Below, one piece after another: positions 1-13,826 of a DNA stretch of 64,000 bases. The stretch is from Octopus bimaculoides. Its lineage: Eukaryota. The position numbers were made by a program, and so were the translations under genes. The number at the start of each line of letters is the position of its first letter. Position 1 is the first letter of the stretch. The notes beneath the pieces are model-generated. The model ran no database searches, was not told where the DNA came from, and was given only the letters and a program-made list of their open reading frames with translations. The stretch is from assembly GCF_001194135.2 (NCBI RefSeq), contig NC_068985.1, positions 102,425,702-102,489,701 of the forward strand, read 5' to 3'.

Positions 1-46
1 ATATATAAATAAATAAATAAATATATATTTACGTACGTATATTTAC

Positions 47-80
<34 letters not shown>

Positions 81-1466
81 GTTTGCATTATATATTGATA
101 GATATATACATATACACGCACACATAAGCATGTGTGTATGTGTGTGTGTGTGTACATATGCACATATATATATATATGCATATATTCACATATAATTAGA
201 CCCGGGCGAGAGACAGTATGTTACAGTTAAACTGATATACACAAAATGATTTAGACCTGACACTTTCACCTCATTTAAGTAGACCTTGTGAACTGTCAAT
301 TTTGGTAATATGGCGGACTTTTATGCAAGGAAATAACCGATGCGCAGAATATGTTTATCATTATTAAATTTTCTCATTTTGTTTATAAACATAATTGTAT
401 AAGAAAGATATTCATTGTTTGGAAATAGTACTCTTCGTAATTCTAATCTAGTTACAACCGGATATACCATTGTTTGTGCACTACTGTAATTTATTTCACG
501 AAAGTCATTACAATTTGTACATATAATAAGAGAATTTGTGTTCGCCCAGCTACAAAACTCCCTCAGGCACAAAGAAGAGAATACAAATATGATTTAGTTG
601 ATGGGGTTAATTTGGATGATGGTAAATAGTAGTTTAAATAATACGTGATACTAAAGAAAAATGTAATGTTTAGTGTTAACATGTACAAGTAATTTATACT
701 TAATTTGATTCAAAAAGTTTTATAAGATTAACCGATAACAACTTCTTTGGAATAATATTCTTTAGCCTAGAAGCTAGTCGCTAATCTTAAACTATTTTGA
801 CTCGATTGAAATTGTTACATTCAGAAATTTCACGATATTATATCTACTTTAATAAGAGTTACGCAGCATATCTATTTAAAGATCATTGAGCAATGCCAAA
901 AGATTTGTTTATGGAAGAATACTCCGATTAAAAGTACAAGTTATTGCCAAATGAATAAGATTATAGTACATTCAATGATGAAGTTGTCAGCGATACCAAC
1001 TAGTCACAGCGTATATCAAAATGCTTTGTGGCGTCAGCGATCAGGCGTTACAGGGTCGTAAGCACTTGAACGACAGCTATCTCGACTCTATTCTACACGC
1101 TGCTAAGTTTATAATGGTGAACTGAAAGAATGCATAGCTTAAGAGTAAATATATTTAAAGCATTGATAAATAATCAACAAAATGAATGTTGTGTTTCTCA
1201 AAAGCAATGGTTATCTTCAGAGGTTTAACATATACATATACAAATGCGCGCACGCATCCACAAACTGTGCACCGACAGATGAGTGGTACACAGTTTACTA
1301 ATCAATCATATAGTTCAGGTTTCAGTCTTATTGTGAGGCAACTTAAGTAAACGTCAGGCCTACCGAAACTTTGTGAGTAGAACTGGTAGACTGAAACTGA
1401 AAAGAGCCTGTTTTGTCTCTGAGCAGTTGAAACCTGTCACAAACATATTTTAACAAACCTAAATTT

Positions 1467-1507
<41 letters not shown>

Positions 1508-1508
1508 A

Positions 1509-1556
<48 letters not shown>

Positions 1557-1955
1557 CATATATACATATATATATACAACCGGCTCTTTTCATTTATAAA
1601 TGTGTATCTGTGTGTGTATCCTTGTACACATGCATCTATATGTGAGTGTGTAAGTATATATCTATCTGTCTATTTATCTATGTGAGTCACTGTTTATGCA
1701 TGCAATACGTTTCAAGCGGAAACTACATGAAACCTATAAGATAATTTCTCGGTTCACCCTTCTTCTGTTTAGCTAGGTCCTTCTGGTGTGCGTTCAACTT
1801 TCATTGTAGAGAAACTCGATCTCGTTCTGCATAAGGTCCTGTGAATTACTGGAGTTCATATAAGTGACACTATTCTCCCCGAAAATGCCCAGACTAAACG
1901 AGACGCCATTAGAAATACTTATAGTTACGATTTAATTTTCAACTGTCTTATGTTT

Positions 1956-2165
1956 GCTAGCCGGCAGAATCGGTATAGCACCGATAAAAATTGGCCTTGT
2001 GCTATTCTTCTGCATCTTTACATTATGGGCTCCCAAAGCACCGAGATCAATTTTATCCTTTGTTACACAGAGTCTGGAGTTCAATGCATATGTTGAGAGA
2101 CGTAGTGTCCAGAGATGATCGGAATGACTCTAGTTAAAATTATAAGGCAAGAATTATACCGAATA
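1956..2165 (+). mobile_element. Highly degenerate family-D SINE copy
   Basis: Begins gctagccggcagaatcggtatagcaccgataaaa, colinear with the D head (ggcgagctggcagaaacgttagcacgccgggcgaaa) seen at 49237 and 61732; the rest is only loosely colinear. Confidence 0.45.
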
Positions 2166-2239
2166 ACATTTCTATCTGTTTTCGGTTTTTGTGTAATGAT
2201 GCCAATTACTGGCGATTTTTGCTCGCATTAGATAATATT

Positions 2240-2297
2240 GACGGTCACGGTGATGTAGACATTGATAATGATGATTACGACGACGATGATGATGATA

Positions 2298-2357
<60 letters not shown>

Positions 2358-2710
2358 GTGGTCGTGGTCGTGGTGGTGGTGGTGATGATGATGATGATGA
2401 TGATGACGATGACGACGACGACGGTAGTGATGGTGATTCCATAAAGTATGATTTTGGCGGTGATAACGACGATGAGGAGGTGGAGGATGCGGTTGGGGTG
2501 GAGGTGGGGTTGTTTATAGTGATAATGTCGTTCCTGCTGATAATGATGATGATGATGATGATGATGATGTTCATGATGACGATAATGATGATAACGATGG
2601 CGACAACGACGATGATGATGACGATGATGATGATGAAGATAATTGGATGAAGATTTTGATGATATTCGTGGCAGTGGTGGCAGTGTCGATGGTGGTAATG
2701 GTAACGATGT
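2240..2710. repeat. Compound degenerate (GAT)n/(GAC)n/(GGT)n trinucleotide tract
   Basis: Direct reading; explains the poly-D/M/H ORFs at 2189-2790. Confidence 0.95.
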
Positions 2711-5060
2711 ATTCGAAGTAAGCGATGTTCTGTATCTGAAAATCGTATGTATTCGTTGGCTGATTGCAAACATTCTGATACTCTAGTCATCCTTAATTTT
2801 ACTTACTTTTTTGTCCATTTTCACTTTCGTTCTTGTTTTTTAATTAATCCTGCACTATATCATTCACCTCCATTTCCCTACCGCTTTCAATTATAAACAT
2901 GGTGTGCATACATACATACATGTATATATACATATATATATAGATCNNNNNNNNNNNNNNNNNNNNNNNNNNNNNNNNNNNNNNNNNNNNNNNNNNNNNN
3001 NNNNNNNNNNNNNNNNNNNNNNNNNNNNNNNNNNNNNNNNNNATATATATATATATATATATATATATACCAAATATATAATTGAAAGTGCTAGGAAAAT
3101 GGTGGTGAATAACATACATTCATATATGCATAGATATACGTACATACATATATGTATATGTATATACATACATATATATTATATATGTATACATATATAC
3201 ACATATATATGCATATATACATATATATATATATATATATAAACATATTATATATATATATATATAAACATATTAATACAGACATACATACATATATTAT
3301 ACTACATATAAACATATACGTGTACACAAATAATGACTTATTTATTTACTTATTTGATTTTTACTTCTTTAAGTAGATTTTCAATCTTCTCTTTCAACAA
3401 AATGTATGTTGTGGCGAATAATTGAGGTTGTGCGAATAAGAAAAGTTAGAAGAAGTACACACATATCAAATGGATATACTTTGTTATTCGTGTTAACATG
3501 ATTATGAGGCCTCGGGTGAAAATGATTTACAGGTATGACATTTGTGTTCCAATCTGCGCAGTAAATAGAGTGTATGTCACGATGTAAATCTACATATAAA
3601 GAGATGTATCAGAACACATGGGTATGTACGTATATACATATATATATATNNNNNNNNNNNNNNNNNNNNNNNNNNNNNNNNNNNNNNNNNNNNNNNNNNN
3701 NNNNNNNNNNNNNNNNNNNNNNNNNNNNNNNNNNNNNNNNNNNNNNNNNNNNNNNNNNNNNNNNNNNNNNNNNNNNNNNNNNNNNNNNNNNNNNNNNNNN
3801 NNNNNNNNNNNNNNNNNNNNNNNNNNNNNNNNNNNNNNNNNNNNNNNNNNNNNNNNNNNNNNNNNNNNNNNNNNNNNNNNNNNNNNNNNNNNNNNNNNNN
3901 NNNNNNNNNNNNNNNNNNNNNNNNNNNNNNNNNNNNNNNNNNNNNNNNNNNNNNNNNNNNNNNNNNNNNNNNNNNNNNNNNNNNNNNNNNNNNNNNNNNN
4001 NNNNNNNNNNNNNNNNNNNNNNNNNNNNNNNNNNNNNNNNNNNNNNNNNNNNNNNNNNNNNNNNNNNNNNNNNNNNNNNNNNNNNNNNNNNNNNNNNNNN
4101 NNNNNNNNNNNNNNNNNNNNNNNNNNNNNNNNNNNNNNNNNNNNNNNNNNNNNNNNNNNNNNNNNNNNNNNNNNNNNNNNNNNNNNNNNNNNNNNNNNNN
4201 NNNNNNNNNNNNNNNNNNNNNNNNNNNNNNNNNNNNNNNNNNNNNNNNNNNNNNNNNNNNNNNNNNNNNNNNNNNNNNNNNNNNNNNNNNNNNNNNNNNN
4301 NNNNNNNNNNNNNNNNNNNNNNNNNNNNNNNNNNNNNNNNNNNNNNNNNNNNNNNNNNNNNNNNNNNNNNNNNNNNNNNNNNNNNNNNNNNNNNNNNNNN
4401 NNNNNNNNNNNNNNNNNNNNNNNNNNNNNNNNNNNNNNNNNNNNNNNNNNNNNNNNNNNNNNNNNNNNNNNNNNNNNNNNNNNNNNNNNNNNNNNNNNNN
4501 NNNNNNNNNNNNNNNNNNNNNNNNNNNNNNNNNNNNNNNNNTATATGTATACAAAGATTCGTGAGTGGATGAGCTCATCTACATACGTATAGGACTGCCA
4601 AACATACATGGGTGTGCATGTGTGTATGTAATTATCTTATTTATATCGGCATCATTATATATATGCGTACATAAACATATCCTTGTTTTCTGTACGAATG
4701 TGTTTATGGGCATCTGTGTATTTGCATTCTACTCACTGCAAGCAAAACTGCATCGTTTTATGTATGCATACATCTCCAATACTTACTCTTTAGTATACGT
4801 ACATACATGTGCATGTATGTATATAAGTGTGCATCTATGAATACGTAAAGATATATTTCTAATATACATCCGCTTTCGCGTCACAGATAGCTAAATATGT
4901 ATACTCAAGTAAAAGAAACATGGCCGTAGGAAAGAAAAGAATACATCGTTTTTTTTTTCTTGTAAGTATTTCTTGAATGCAACTAATGATATAATTGTAT
5001 ATACGGGTGTGTATGTGTGTATGTATCTATGTGTGCGAGTGAATGCACGTATGTATGTAT

Positions 5061-5389
5061 GGAGGTGCAATGGCCCAGTGGTTAAGGTAGCGGACTCGTA
5101 GTCGTGGGATCGCGGTTCAGATTCCCACACCGAGCGGCATTGCGATATTCGTTGAGCTATAACACCGAAAGCTCCACGAGGCTCAGCAGGCGGTGGTGAC
5201 GAACTCAGCTATACTGGGTTTCACAACAACATTCTCTCACGCTTTCTTACTGCTTTTGTTCTACTTGCATTTCAAAGGGACAGTCTTGTCACAGGCTGTG
5301 TCACGCTGAATCTCCCCGAGAACTATGTGAATGGTACACGTGTCTGTGGAGTGCTCAACCCTCATCGTCGTAACCGACGGAGTGCCACG

Positions 5390-5393
<4 letters not shown>
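5061..5393 (+). mobile_element. Family-A tRNA-derived SINE (octopus OR1/OR2-like), internally deleted
   Basis: A box TGGCCCAGTGG and B box GGTTCAGATTCC, then a body matching 29981-30371 and 20895-21224. About 50 nt near the 3' end present in those copies is missing. Ends GACGGAGTGCCAC. Confidence 0.9.
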
Positions 5394-5436
<43 letters not shown>

Positions 5437-5840
5437 AGAGAGAGAAAGAGAAAGCGAGAGAGGGGATTTACTGTTCCATTCAGGTAAGATCAAATAAGTA
5501 TTGTTTGCAATGAGAGGTAAATATCATTGAATATACACGCAATTAAAACATGAGCAACTGATAGTTTCTCGAGATTAAGACACGTGGAGACACATGGTAT
5601 ATAAACATCTATTTAGTCTGCATCTCAATGGTAAGAAACTATATAATAGCATTATTTACTAGAAGGTGTTTTAATTTATATACACCTATACATGATTTTT
5701 ACTCTCGCTAGACCACTGGTGGTAAATAAAATTTCAAAAAATTTTTTTGCTGCCCTATAATTTATTAATATATATATATATATAGCGAGAGATATATAGA
5801 TAGACAGACAGCCAGACGAACAGCTAGATAGCTAGCTACC

Positions 5841-5841
<1 letters not shown>

Positions 5842-5903
<62 letters not shown>
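5842..5903. repeat. (GATA)n microsatellite, one of ten long same-orientation arrays (others start near 11617, 14563, 15027, 31130, 35505, 39090, 45923, 56362, 62780)
   Basis: Direct reading. Confidence 0.95.
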
Positions 5904-5904
<1 letters not shown>

Positions 5905-7171
5905 GGTAAATTACATGCATGCATTATCCTCTCTCGGTCACAAGAAAGTCACTAAAAGAGAAATTGAACAGCTATAATTTGATGTTGGTAGGCAGAATAA
6001 TCTAGGTTATGCATATAACTGGTCCCATAATGATCGATGTTGATCCGCCTAATATTTCACTTGTCATGACTGTCGATAGGTGGCAACACATTACTGCTTT
6101 TACGCTGGAGTTGAAGATACATCAGTTTTCGCTCATTTGGCCTAATAAGCGTAAAGAAACGAAAAAGTTGGATAAAAGTTTACAATTGTCTCCCATCGCA
6201 CGCGATCATCCGTTTCTAAAAGGTATCATTTGTGTCTGCGTACGTTTTTCATTCTCTAGTCCGAAAAACGTGTGAACATGTTTTGAAAGGGAATCTTCCA
6301 TCACGAGAGCAGCGATTAAATATTTCGATTTTTTTAAAGTTAAGTATGTCTCTCGCATCGGGTAAGCATTTTGCAATTATTTTCCATTCGGTGAAGCAGA
6401 TCCTTAACCGAATTGTTTTGTTCAAGTTTGGCCTATGTTGAGCAAATTTCAGATGATTTTGCACGGCGTCACTTACTTGTTCAATGTTCAGATATTGCTG
6501 TAACGTTGTGCCTGTCTTTACAGAGTCCCACCAAATAGCCCCCCCCCCCACACACACACACAGACACACACGTGCGTGTGTACATAATTTCAACTGTTTT
6601 CTTTTTCATATTACCCGCTGGTTACTGAACAGTGTTTTGTGGCTTATAATGTATAAAGTTACATATCTATAAATTTTAGACCAATACTTTATGTAAGACG
6701 AGATGTCTAAACCTATACATTCGATAAATTCAGTAGAGACCTTGTTTTCTTATATATATATCTGTTCTGACACACNNNNNNNNNNNNNNNNNNNNNNNNN
6801 NNNNNNNNNNNNNNNNNNNNNNNNNNNNNNNNNNNNNNNNNNNNNNNNNNNNNNNNNNNNNNNNNNNNNNNNNNNNNNNNNNNNNNNNNNNNNNNNNNNN
6901 NNNNNNNNNNNNNNNNNNNNNNNNNNNNNNNNNNNNNNNNNNNNNNNNNNNNNNNNNNNNNNNNNNNNNNNNNNNNNNNNNNNNNNNNNNNNNNNNNNNN
7001 NNNNNNNNNNNNNNNNNNNNNNNNNNNNNNNNNNNNNNNNNNNNNNNNNNNNNNNNNNNNNNNNNNNNNNNNNNNNNNNNNNNNNNNNNNNNNNNNNNNN
7101 NNNNNNNNNNNNNNNNNNNNNNNNNNNNNNNNNNNNNNNNNNNNNNNNNNNNNNNNNNNNNNNNNNNNNNN

Positions 7172-7222
<51 letters not shown>

Positions 7223-7946
7223 GTGTGTGTGTATTTGCAAATTTCGTACGCATGCTTGTGTCAATATCTAGAAGGCGTGAGTGACAAGTTTTCCAAATTT
7301 AATTAACGTTTCACCCATTAAAAAGTACTGCAAAACTGTTTGCCGCTAGCACTTTTTCGAAGCTGCCAGGATTTATTTCCCTATTACAATGTTAATCTTG
7401 ATTCTTATTTAATAATACCTATGTTTCTGAGGTGTATGTTGTGTGTAACGCAGTCTCATATACTGGTATGTATTCGGAGTTTTTTTATCTATACATGTTT
7501 TTTTTTTTTCTCTATGCATACTTCAATGTTTATGCAATGCATTTTTAAGTATTCATGTATGCTTGAAAAGCTTTCTCTTGGTTTCCTATTTCCATGTACA
7601 AATAAATTTATCAGACTTCTACTAACTATTCAACATACAGATACCCAAAACTGCTTTCTGAAATTCTCAGGTTTCCTACGAAAGTACCATATACATATAT
7701 ACTCATATATATGCATATATACATATATATACATATATAATACACACTGTAATGCCATTATTATTTCTATTTGTAATTACGGTATCTACTACAGGCCTGT
7801 ACTTCTAGTATAGTCTTATTAGTAGTAATACGTGAAAAGCAGACAACTAAGTATTATTTTAAATTTTCGTTACGGACACAAACTTCATGAAATGCCGAAG
7901 TAAAGTATTGAACATACAAAATTTTTATGAAACACATTATATTGAG

Positions 7947-8035
<89 letters not shown>

Positions 8036-8628
8036 TATTAGGGACGAAAACAGTATTATTGCCCAAAGGAAATGTTTATATTCAGCTTAAAATGGATATC
8101 TCGCTAGAACGCCGGATATTGCGGCATTATCCTTGAGATGCCTTTCAGTCATACACTGGGTACATAAAAGCACAGACCTATAGCTTAGCATCTATTATTG
8201 GTTCCTGATTGCGTAGATCACGAGATTTCTAGATACTGAATTTCAGTATATTGGACTTCGTCAGTGGTGGAGGACAGGTCACTGCATAGAAGCCAAATTT
8301 TGCTGGCATGACCTGGAGAGTTTCAGTGACATTCCAGTCATTGATGTTGCAAATAGCCTTCTTGCTATTAGGGATGTATAAAATAATTGTTAGAGACGGG
8401 AGCAGTATTCTGACAGCTAAGTTGTGTTTTTATGTAGCATGCGTCATGTTAGAAAACCTCTTCAGACTAATACCGCAGTATCGGCGTTCTAACAAGTCAT
8501 CAACGTTAAATCGATGTACACATACACACACACGCACACACAAACACACACACACACACACACACATAACACATATACATGCATGCATACATACATACAT
8601 ACATATATACATGCATATACTTGCATAC

Positions 8629-8663
<35 letters not shown>

Positions 8664-10389
8664 NNNNNNNNNNNNNNNNNNNNNNNNNNNNNNNNNNNNN
8701 NNNNNNNNNNNNNNNNNNNNNNNNNNNNNNNNNNNNNNNNNNNNNNNNNNNNNNNNNNNNNNNNNNNNNNNNNNNNNNNNNNNNNNNNNNNNNNNNNNNN
8801 NNNNNNNNNNNNNNNNNNNNNNNNNNNNNNNNNNNNNNNNNNNNNNNNNNNNNNNNNNNNNNNNNNNNNNNNNNNNNNNNNNNNNNNNNNNNNNNNNNNN
8901 NNNNNNNNNNNNNNNNNNNNNNNNNNNNNNNNNNNNNNNNNNNNNNNNNNNNNNNNNNNNNNNNNNNNNNNNNNNNNNNNNATATATATATATATATATA
9001 ACCAGCCGAAACTGGAACGCGACTGACGAAAGAAAACTCGGAATGACTCGTCCTTGTTTTCGTATCCCCTATCACTTTTTGTATCCCCTAACTGTCTGGA
9101 TGTCTTGTTATCGCCTGTTGCCTTCTTGTCCCATTTTTGTATTATTTTATGTGTGTGTATATATATATATGCATGTAGACAGAGGGAAAGAGACAGACAA
9201 ATATATACACACATAGATTAGATTGATTGACTGATTGACTGATTGATTGATATTCGTATGTTTTTGAACGCGTGTGTACGATTGTATGCAATGATGCGTG
9301 TTGAGAGACACTCGTACTCGAAGTCATATAGATATACCCTGTCACATGCACATGTAAATCTCTGTACAACCATATGCTCATACATACTCACTTGCATTAT
9401 TTTTTAGAGATATTCATTTTAACATTTTTCTTAATTTTTAGTGACTGAAACCCACAAATAGACATAATTCTATCCTAATAACAAACTTTAATTTAGTTAC
9501 GATGTAGCCATTAACTCCAGGAATAAAACATTTGATACACTTGCGCATCTCATCGATATACGCTACACAGTGTTTACCGGCAGTTAAGTGAAAACTGAAA
9601 TTGCTGGATGGACAATTTATTCTTTTCCTTTCATTAAGTTACTACTTGTGGGGAAATTCTTCATAATTACAATTCCAGTCTGTAACTCGCAGGTTATTTT
9701 CTCTTGGACAACGTATGAATACAAATGAGTTTATAATCGATTAATGACAATTGAGTATTTCGTTCGAGATAGCAATCCACAGTCCAAAAACTTCTCGTTT
9801 CAAAAGCACTTTTGGCTGTGTTTAGATGCTGTCTAAGAATCTAAACAGTTAGAAATGTTTTAATGCTATGCAGCTCCTAACAGAAATATGTCTTGTGTGA
9901 AAAAATAAGCAGCAAAATATACAGAATCTACATTTCCATTTTTGTTACATGCAACATGTAAAAACAATTACAAAGTAGCGGTTTTGTAGGCATTATATAC
10001 GCTAAGTGATTCTCGTGCACAATATTACAGATAGATAGAGAGAGAGAGAGGGGGAAGATGTGATTGTGAGTATTCGTCGATGCATGTACATCTTTTTATG
10101 TGTATACATACATATATGAAAGCATATGTATAAATGTGTGCGCATGTAGGCACATATATATATATACAAAGATGTGTTCCGGAAATTTTATTTCCTGAAA
10201 AGTGCAATTGTTTAGTTTTTTGTTCTTTTTTTATATAGACTATAAAACACACGTGCAGGCAAAGTTAACAACGCTAGTGTGGTTTAACCAATTATTCACG
10301 CTACCTACCTATGTCAACGTGATCAAAGAAAAAGAAAAAAAAACACCACAATCTTTTTCAGATAACATCACATTGTCGTCTTAAAAGTG

Positions 10390-10720
10390 AAAAGGAACAA
10401 TGAACAATGTGTTTACTGAAGACGCGAGGATTTAAACGAAGAAATATGAACACGACTTGAATACTTTGATCGTGGTTTTATTCAAGTAGTGTTCATCTGA
10501 GACTAAACAGCACCAACACTAACACGCTTTGGGAGAATAGTATTGTAACTGGGGTGGGGCGAAGTAGTGCGTGTGGGGGATTCCTGGCCGATGTTTTTAT
10601 GTGTACGGCCCGTTTTTTAACCTGTTGTGTAGGGATGCGAGGATGGCGACTACAGCAAGGGATAGCATGGGCGGCGCGCAGTCTGGCTAAGCCACTCTAC
10701 GCGAACATATAATCAGTGAT
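10390..10720. promoter_or_regulatory. Candidate promoter/enhancer-like GC- and CpG-rich patch
   Basis: Non-repetitive and GC-rich against the AT background. Contains GGGGTGGGGC (10551-10560) and GGGCGGCGCGC; AACAATG twice plus TGTTTAC at about 10396-10418. Confidence 0.25.
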
Positions 10721-11632
10721 CCTGGAGTTTAATGAAAGTAACAGTTTCCCAGGACTCAACTCAGTGTATCAAAGTCTCTTAGCTTCTATACATACGTGAT
10801 CCTTTCTCATAATTCCGTTTTGAAGCAGATAGCTCGACTCGAAATATTTGCCTACATTTCTTTATTTTCTTGATATTAAAAGTTCGTGACCAAAAGAATC
10901 ACATTTATTTAGTTCTATGCATATACCTCTACGACATGCATTTTCATTTGTTCTTTCTTTTTTACTGTTTTTCTGTGTCTGTAGACGTTCACATCTTAGA
11001 TGACATAGTTGCCAGACTAATTAGTGACTAGCATGATAGAAACTTTACAACTGAGCTGTTCTGTTAAAGATTTCGGCTTTTGACTGCGTTTATGCTGGAA
11101 TACTAACTTCGAGTTTTAACCGATAATAACAGCTTTATCCGATAATATTGATCTTTATTTTTAGTTAAGTCTGATAATTACTGTATTGCAATTTATTTGA
11201 TGAATCGTTATATAAGGAGACATAAAGGTGCTACATATTGCTAAACCATCGATTTTAACCGGTGTAAATATATATATATATATAGTGCAAAAGAGTTAGG
11301 GGTGAGGATCCAATCCACTAAGGGATAGTATCTATTCAATATACTGCTGGGAGGGTACCCAATTATTGTTACACTAGTGTTATAACCAAGTGTAATAAGT
11401 GGATGCGGGTAAAAGGGGGTTATTTTACCCTAAATTTTTATAGCAATAAGAACATGGAGGAGAATATGCGGTATCCATCGACTTGCAGACAGTGTATTCC
11501 ATTGAATTAATTTATTTATTTTGTAACTAAAAGAAGGTGGACAGGTGTGAAGAGAGGAAATATGTGTCAGAGGAAGAAAGGAGAGGAGCGGTGGATAAGA
11601 GTGAAGAGAGTAAATAGGTAGATAGATAGATT

Positions 11633-11689
<57 letters not shown>

Positions 11690-11716
11690 ATAGATCGATA
11701 CAAGAGAGGGATACAA

Positions 11717-11747
<31 letters not shown>

Positions 11748-12267
11748 GGCGGGACAGAAAGACTGAGAGAAAGAGAAACAGGAGAAGATTCTGCGCAAGT
11801 TTCGCGAAACACGTTACACTGGCGTGGTCAACCCACGATATGGGGCAGAACATAAAGCAACATGGTAACGGAATGAACTCCTTAGCCACACTGATACGCT
11901 TGCTACTATTGGTTAACTTTCATATTGTCCAATATATTCCAATGTACTTTAATATATAAAGTCATATGTGTGACCCCATATTCGTCATGCTTTTAACCCC
12001 TTCATATACGTTTCAACTCTTAGCTATTGGTTTTTAGAAATTTTCCTTAGAGTAACTCAATCTTGCTACAATCACTACCAAATTGCACACATGTGGTAAG
12101 TATAGCAACAAAATTATAGATCAATAAATGCCAAAAGGTATATATTATGCATGGCAAACAAAATGCTGACCTCTATAACTGAAGAGTATTAGCGAAACTT
12201 TCGAAGCAAATTGTAAAGAAATCCTTTGAAGCACACTTGACATTAATTCTTCAAAGTGGAACTCCCA

Positions 12268-12604
12268 CTAAAACGAATAGAGGAGATTTTGACATTGACA
12301 GCTCATTATTAACCGTTCACATCATTTGCTTCTAGTTGTTGTTTATCAAACTATTGATGTTTTTTTTATTGGTATTACTACCTTAGTCGTGAGTGTTGGA
12401 CTTATTTCTACTCTCGTAACTGTTGCTAAATGTGTTCTTCTTGTAGGTCGTTGCTATCACTATAGTTATATAAGGATTTTGTCATTGTATTGTTTGTACA
12501 GAGAGTATGCTTTAATATTGCACTTGTAATTGTTGTTGTGTTTCACTGTTGGATTTTGTAGTTGTTTTAGTATCGATTTTATTATTTATGTGAAGACACG
12601 CATG

Positions 12605-12661
<57 letters not shown>

Positions 12662-13208
12662 TTTCTCACACACATACATACACACACGTAAACACACACA
12701 CATAGATATAAACATATATATATATATATATTGGTTTCAGATTTTGGCACAAGGCCAGCAATTTCGGTGGAGTGGGCAAGTCGACCCTAGTGCTTAAATT
12801 GTACTTAATTTATCATGAAAATATAAAAGGTAAAGTCGACCTCTGTGGAATTTGAACTCAGAACAGAAAGATGGATGAAATGCCGCTCAGCGGTTTGCCC
12901 GGTGTGCTGACAATTCTATGAGATCTCTGCTAAAACGAATAGAGGAGATTTTGACATTGACAGCTCATTATTAACCGTTCACATCATTTGCTTCTAGCTG
13001 TTGTTTATCAAACTATTGATGTTTTTTTTATTGGTATTACTACCTTAGTCGTGAGTGTTGGACTTATTTCTACTCTCGTAACTGTTGCTAAATGTGTTCT
13101 TCTTGTAGGTCGTTGCTATCACTATAGTTATATAAGGATTTTGTCATTGTATTGTTTGTACAGAGAGTATGCTTTAATATTGCACTTGCAATTGTTGTTG
13201 TGTTTCAC
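12268..13208 (+). repeat. Direct duplication of a 279-bp unique segment (12268-12546 and 12930-13208)
   Basis: Offset 662 nt with two substitutions seen (tagTtgttg/tagCtgttg, cttgTaatt/cttgCaatt); the second copy runs into an N-gap. Confidence 0.92.
12731..12917 (-). mobile_element. Family-D tRNA-like SINE
   Basis: Reverse complement contains GAGTTCAAATTCC (B box), GGTCGACTTTACCTTT and the tail TTGCTGGCCTTGTGCCAAAATCTGAAACCAA. Confidence 0.85.
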
Positions 13209-13394
13209 NNNNNNNNNNNNNNNNNNNNNNNNNNNNNNNNNNNNNNNNNNNNNNNNNNNNNNNNNNNNNNNNNNNNNNNNNNNNNNNNNNNNNNNNNNNN
13301 NNNNNNNNNNNNNNNNNNNNNNNNNNNNNNNNNNNNNNNNNNNNNNNNNNNNNNNNNNNNNNNNNNNNNNNNNNNNNNNNNNNNNNNNNNNNNN

Positions 13395-13427
<33 letters not shown>

Positions 13428-13639
13428 TTATATATATATATATATATATTTATAAATATATATATTTCGGGAATAAATGATGGATTTTTTTCCCTTATGA
13501 GGTTTTTTCACGCTAGCCACTTGATAACCTCTTGTAAAAGAATTCGTCCTATTATTGAATTTATATATATATGTATATATACAGATGTGTATTGTGGGGT
13601 GCGTCCTTGTTTCTGTGATTATCACCTAAAATTGCTTGG

Positions 13640-13826
13640 TAATGGACGTTGCTGTTTTTACGCTCTCGAAATCTTGTGGTTCGGCAAAGTGTACCGATTT
13701 AATAAGTACTAGGCTTACAAAGAATAACTCCTTGAGTCGAATTCTGTGACTAAAAATCTGTTAAAGCAGTGCTCTAGCATTGCCGCATTGATATGACTGA
13801 AGCAAGTAAAAAATAACAGAATAAAA
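13640..13826 (+). mobile_element. 3' half of a family-C SINE
   Basis: ggttcggcaaag..accga..aataagtactaggcttacaaagaataa..cagtgctctagcattgccgca..tgactgaagcaagtaaaa matches the 3' part of 14651-15023 and the tail at 52950-53010. Confidence 0.8.

Noticed and set aside
2189-2790. Long ORFs in several frames (poly-D, poly-H, poly-S, poly-M)
   Set aside because: Products of a (GAT)n/(GGT)n tract that is open in many frames on both strands; no splice or domain support
3574-4609. ORFs over 300 aa here and at 6703-7284, 8308-9216, 45026-46080, 51558-52116
   Set aside because: They run through N-gaps and dinucleotide repeats, so the length is an artefact
6009-6593. Overlapping non-repetitive ORFs on both strands
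   Set aside because: No recognisable motif; frames close quickly and no consistent exon boundaries were found
9012-9055. Hammerhead-like CTGACGA..CTCGGAATGAC..TCGT
   Set aside because: GAAA is replaced by GGAA, there is no UH triplet, and stem II is only 2-3 bp; too degenerate
11798-11811. Palindrome GTTTCGCGAAAC and nearby unique sequence (11.2-12.3 kb) as a possible transposon end
   Set aside because: No matching second terminus or second copy in the window
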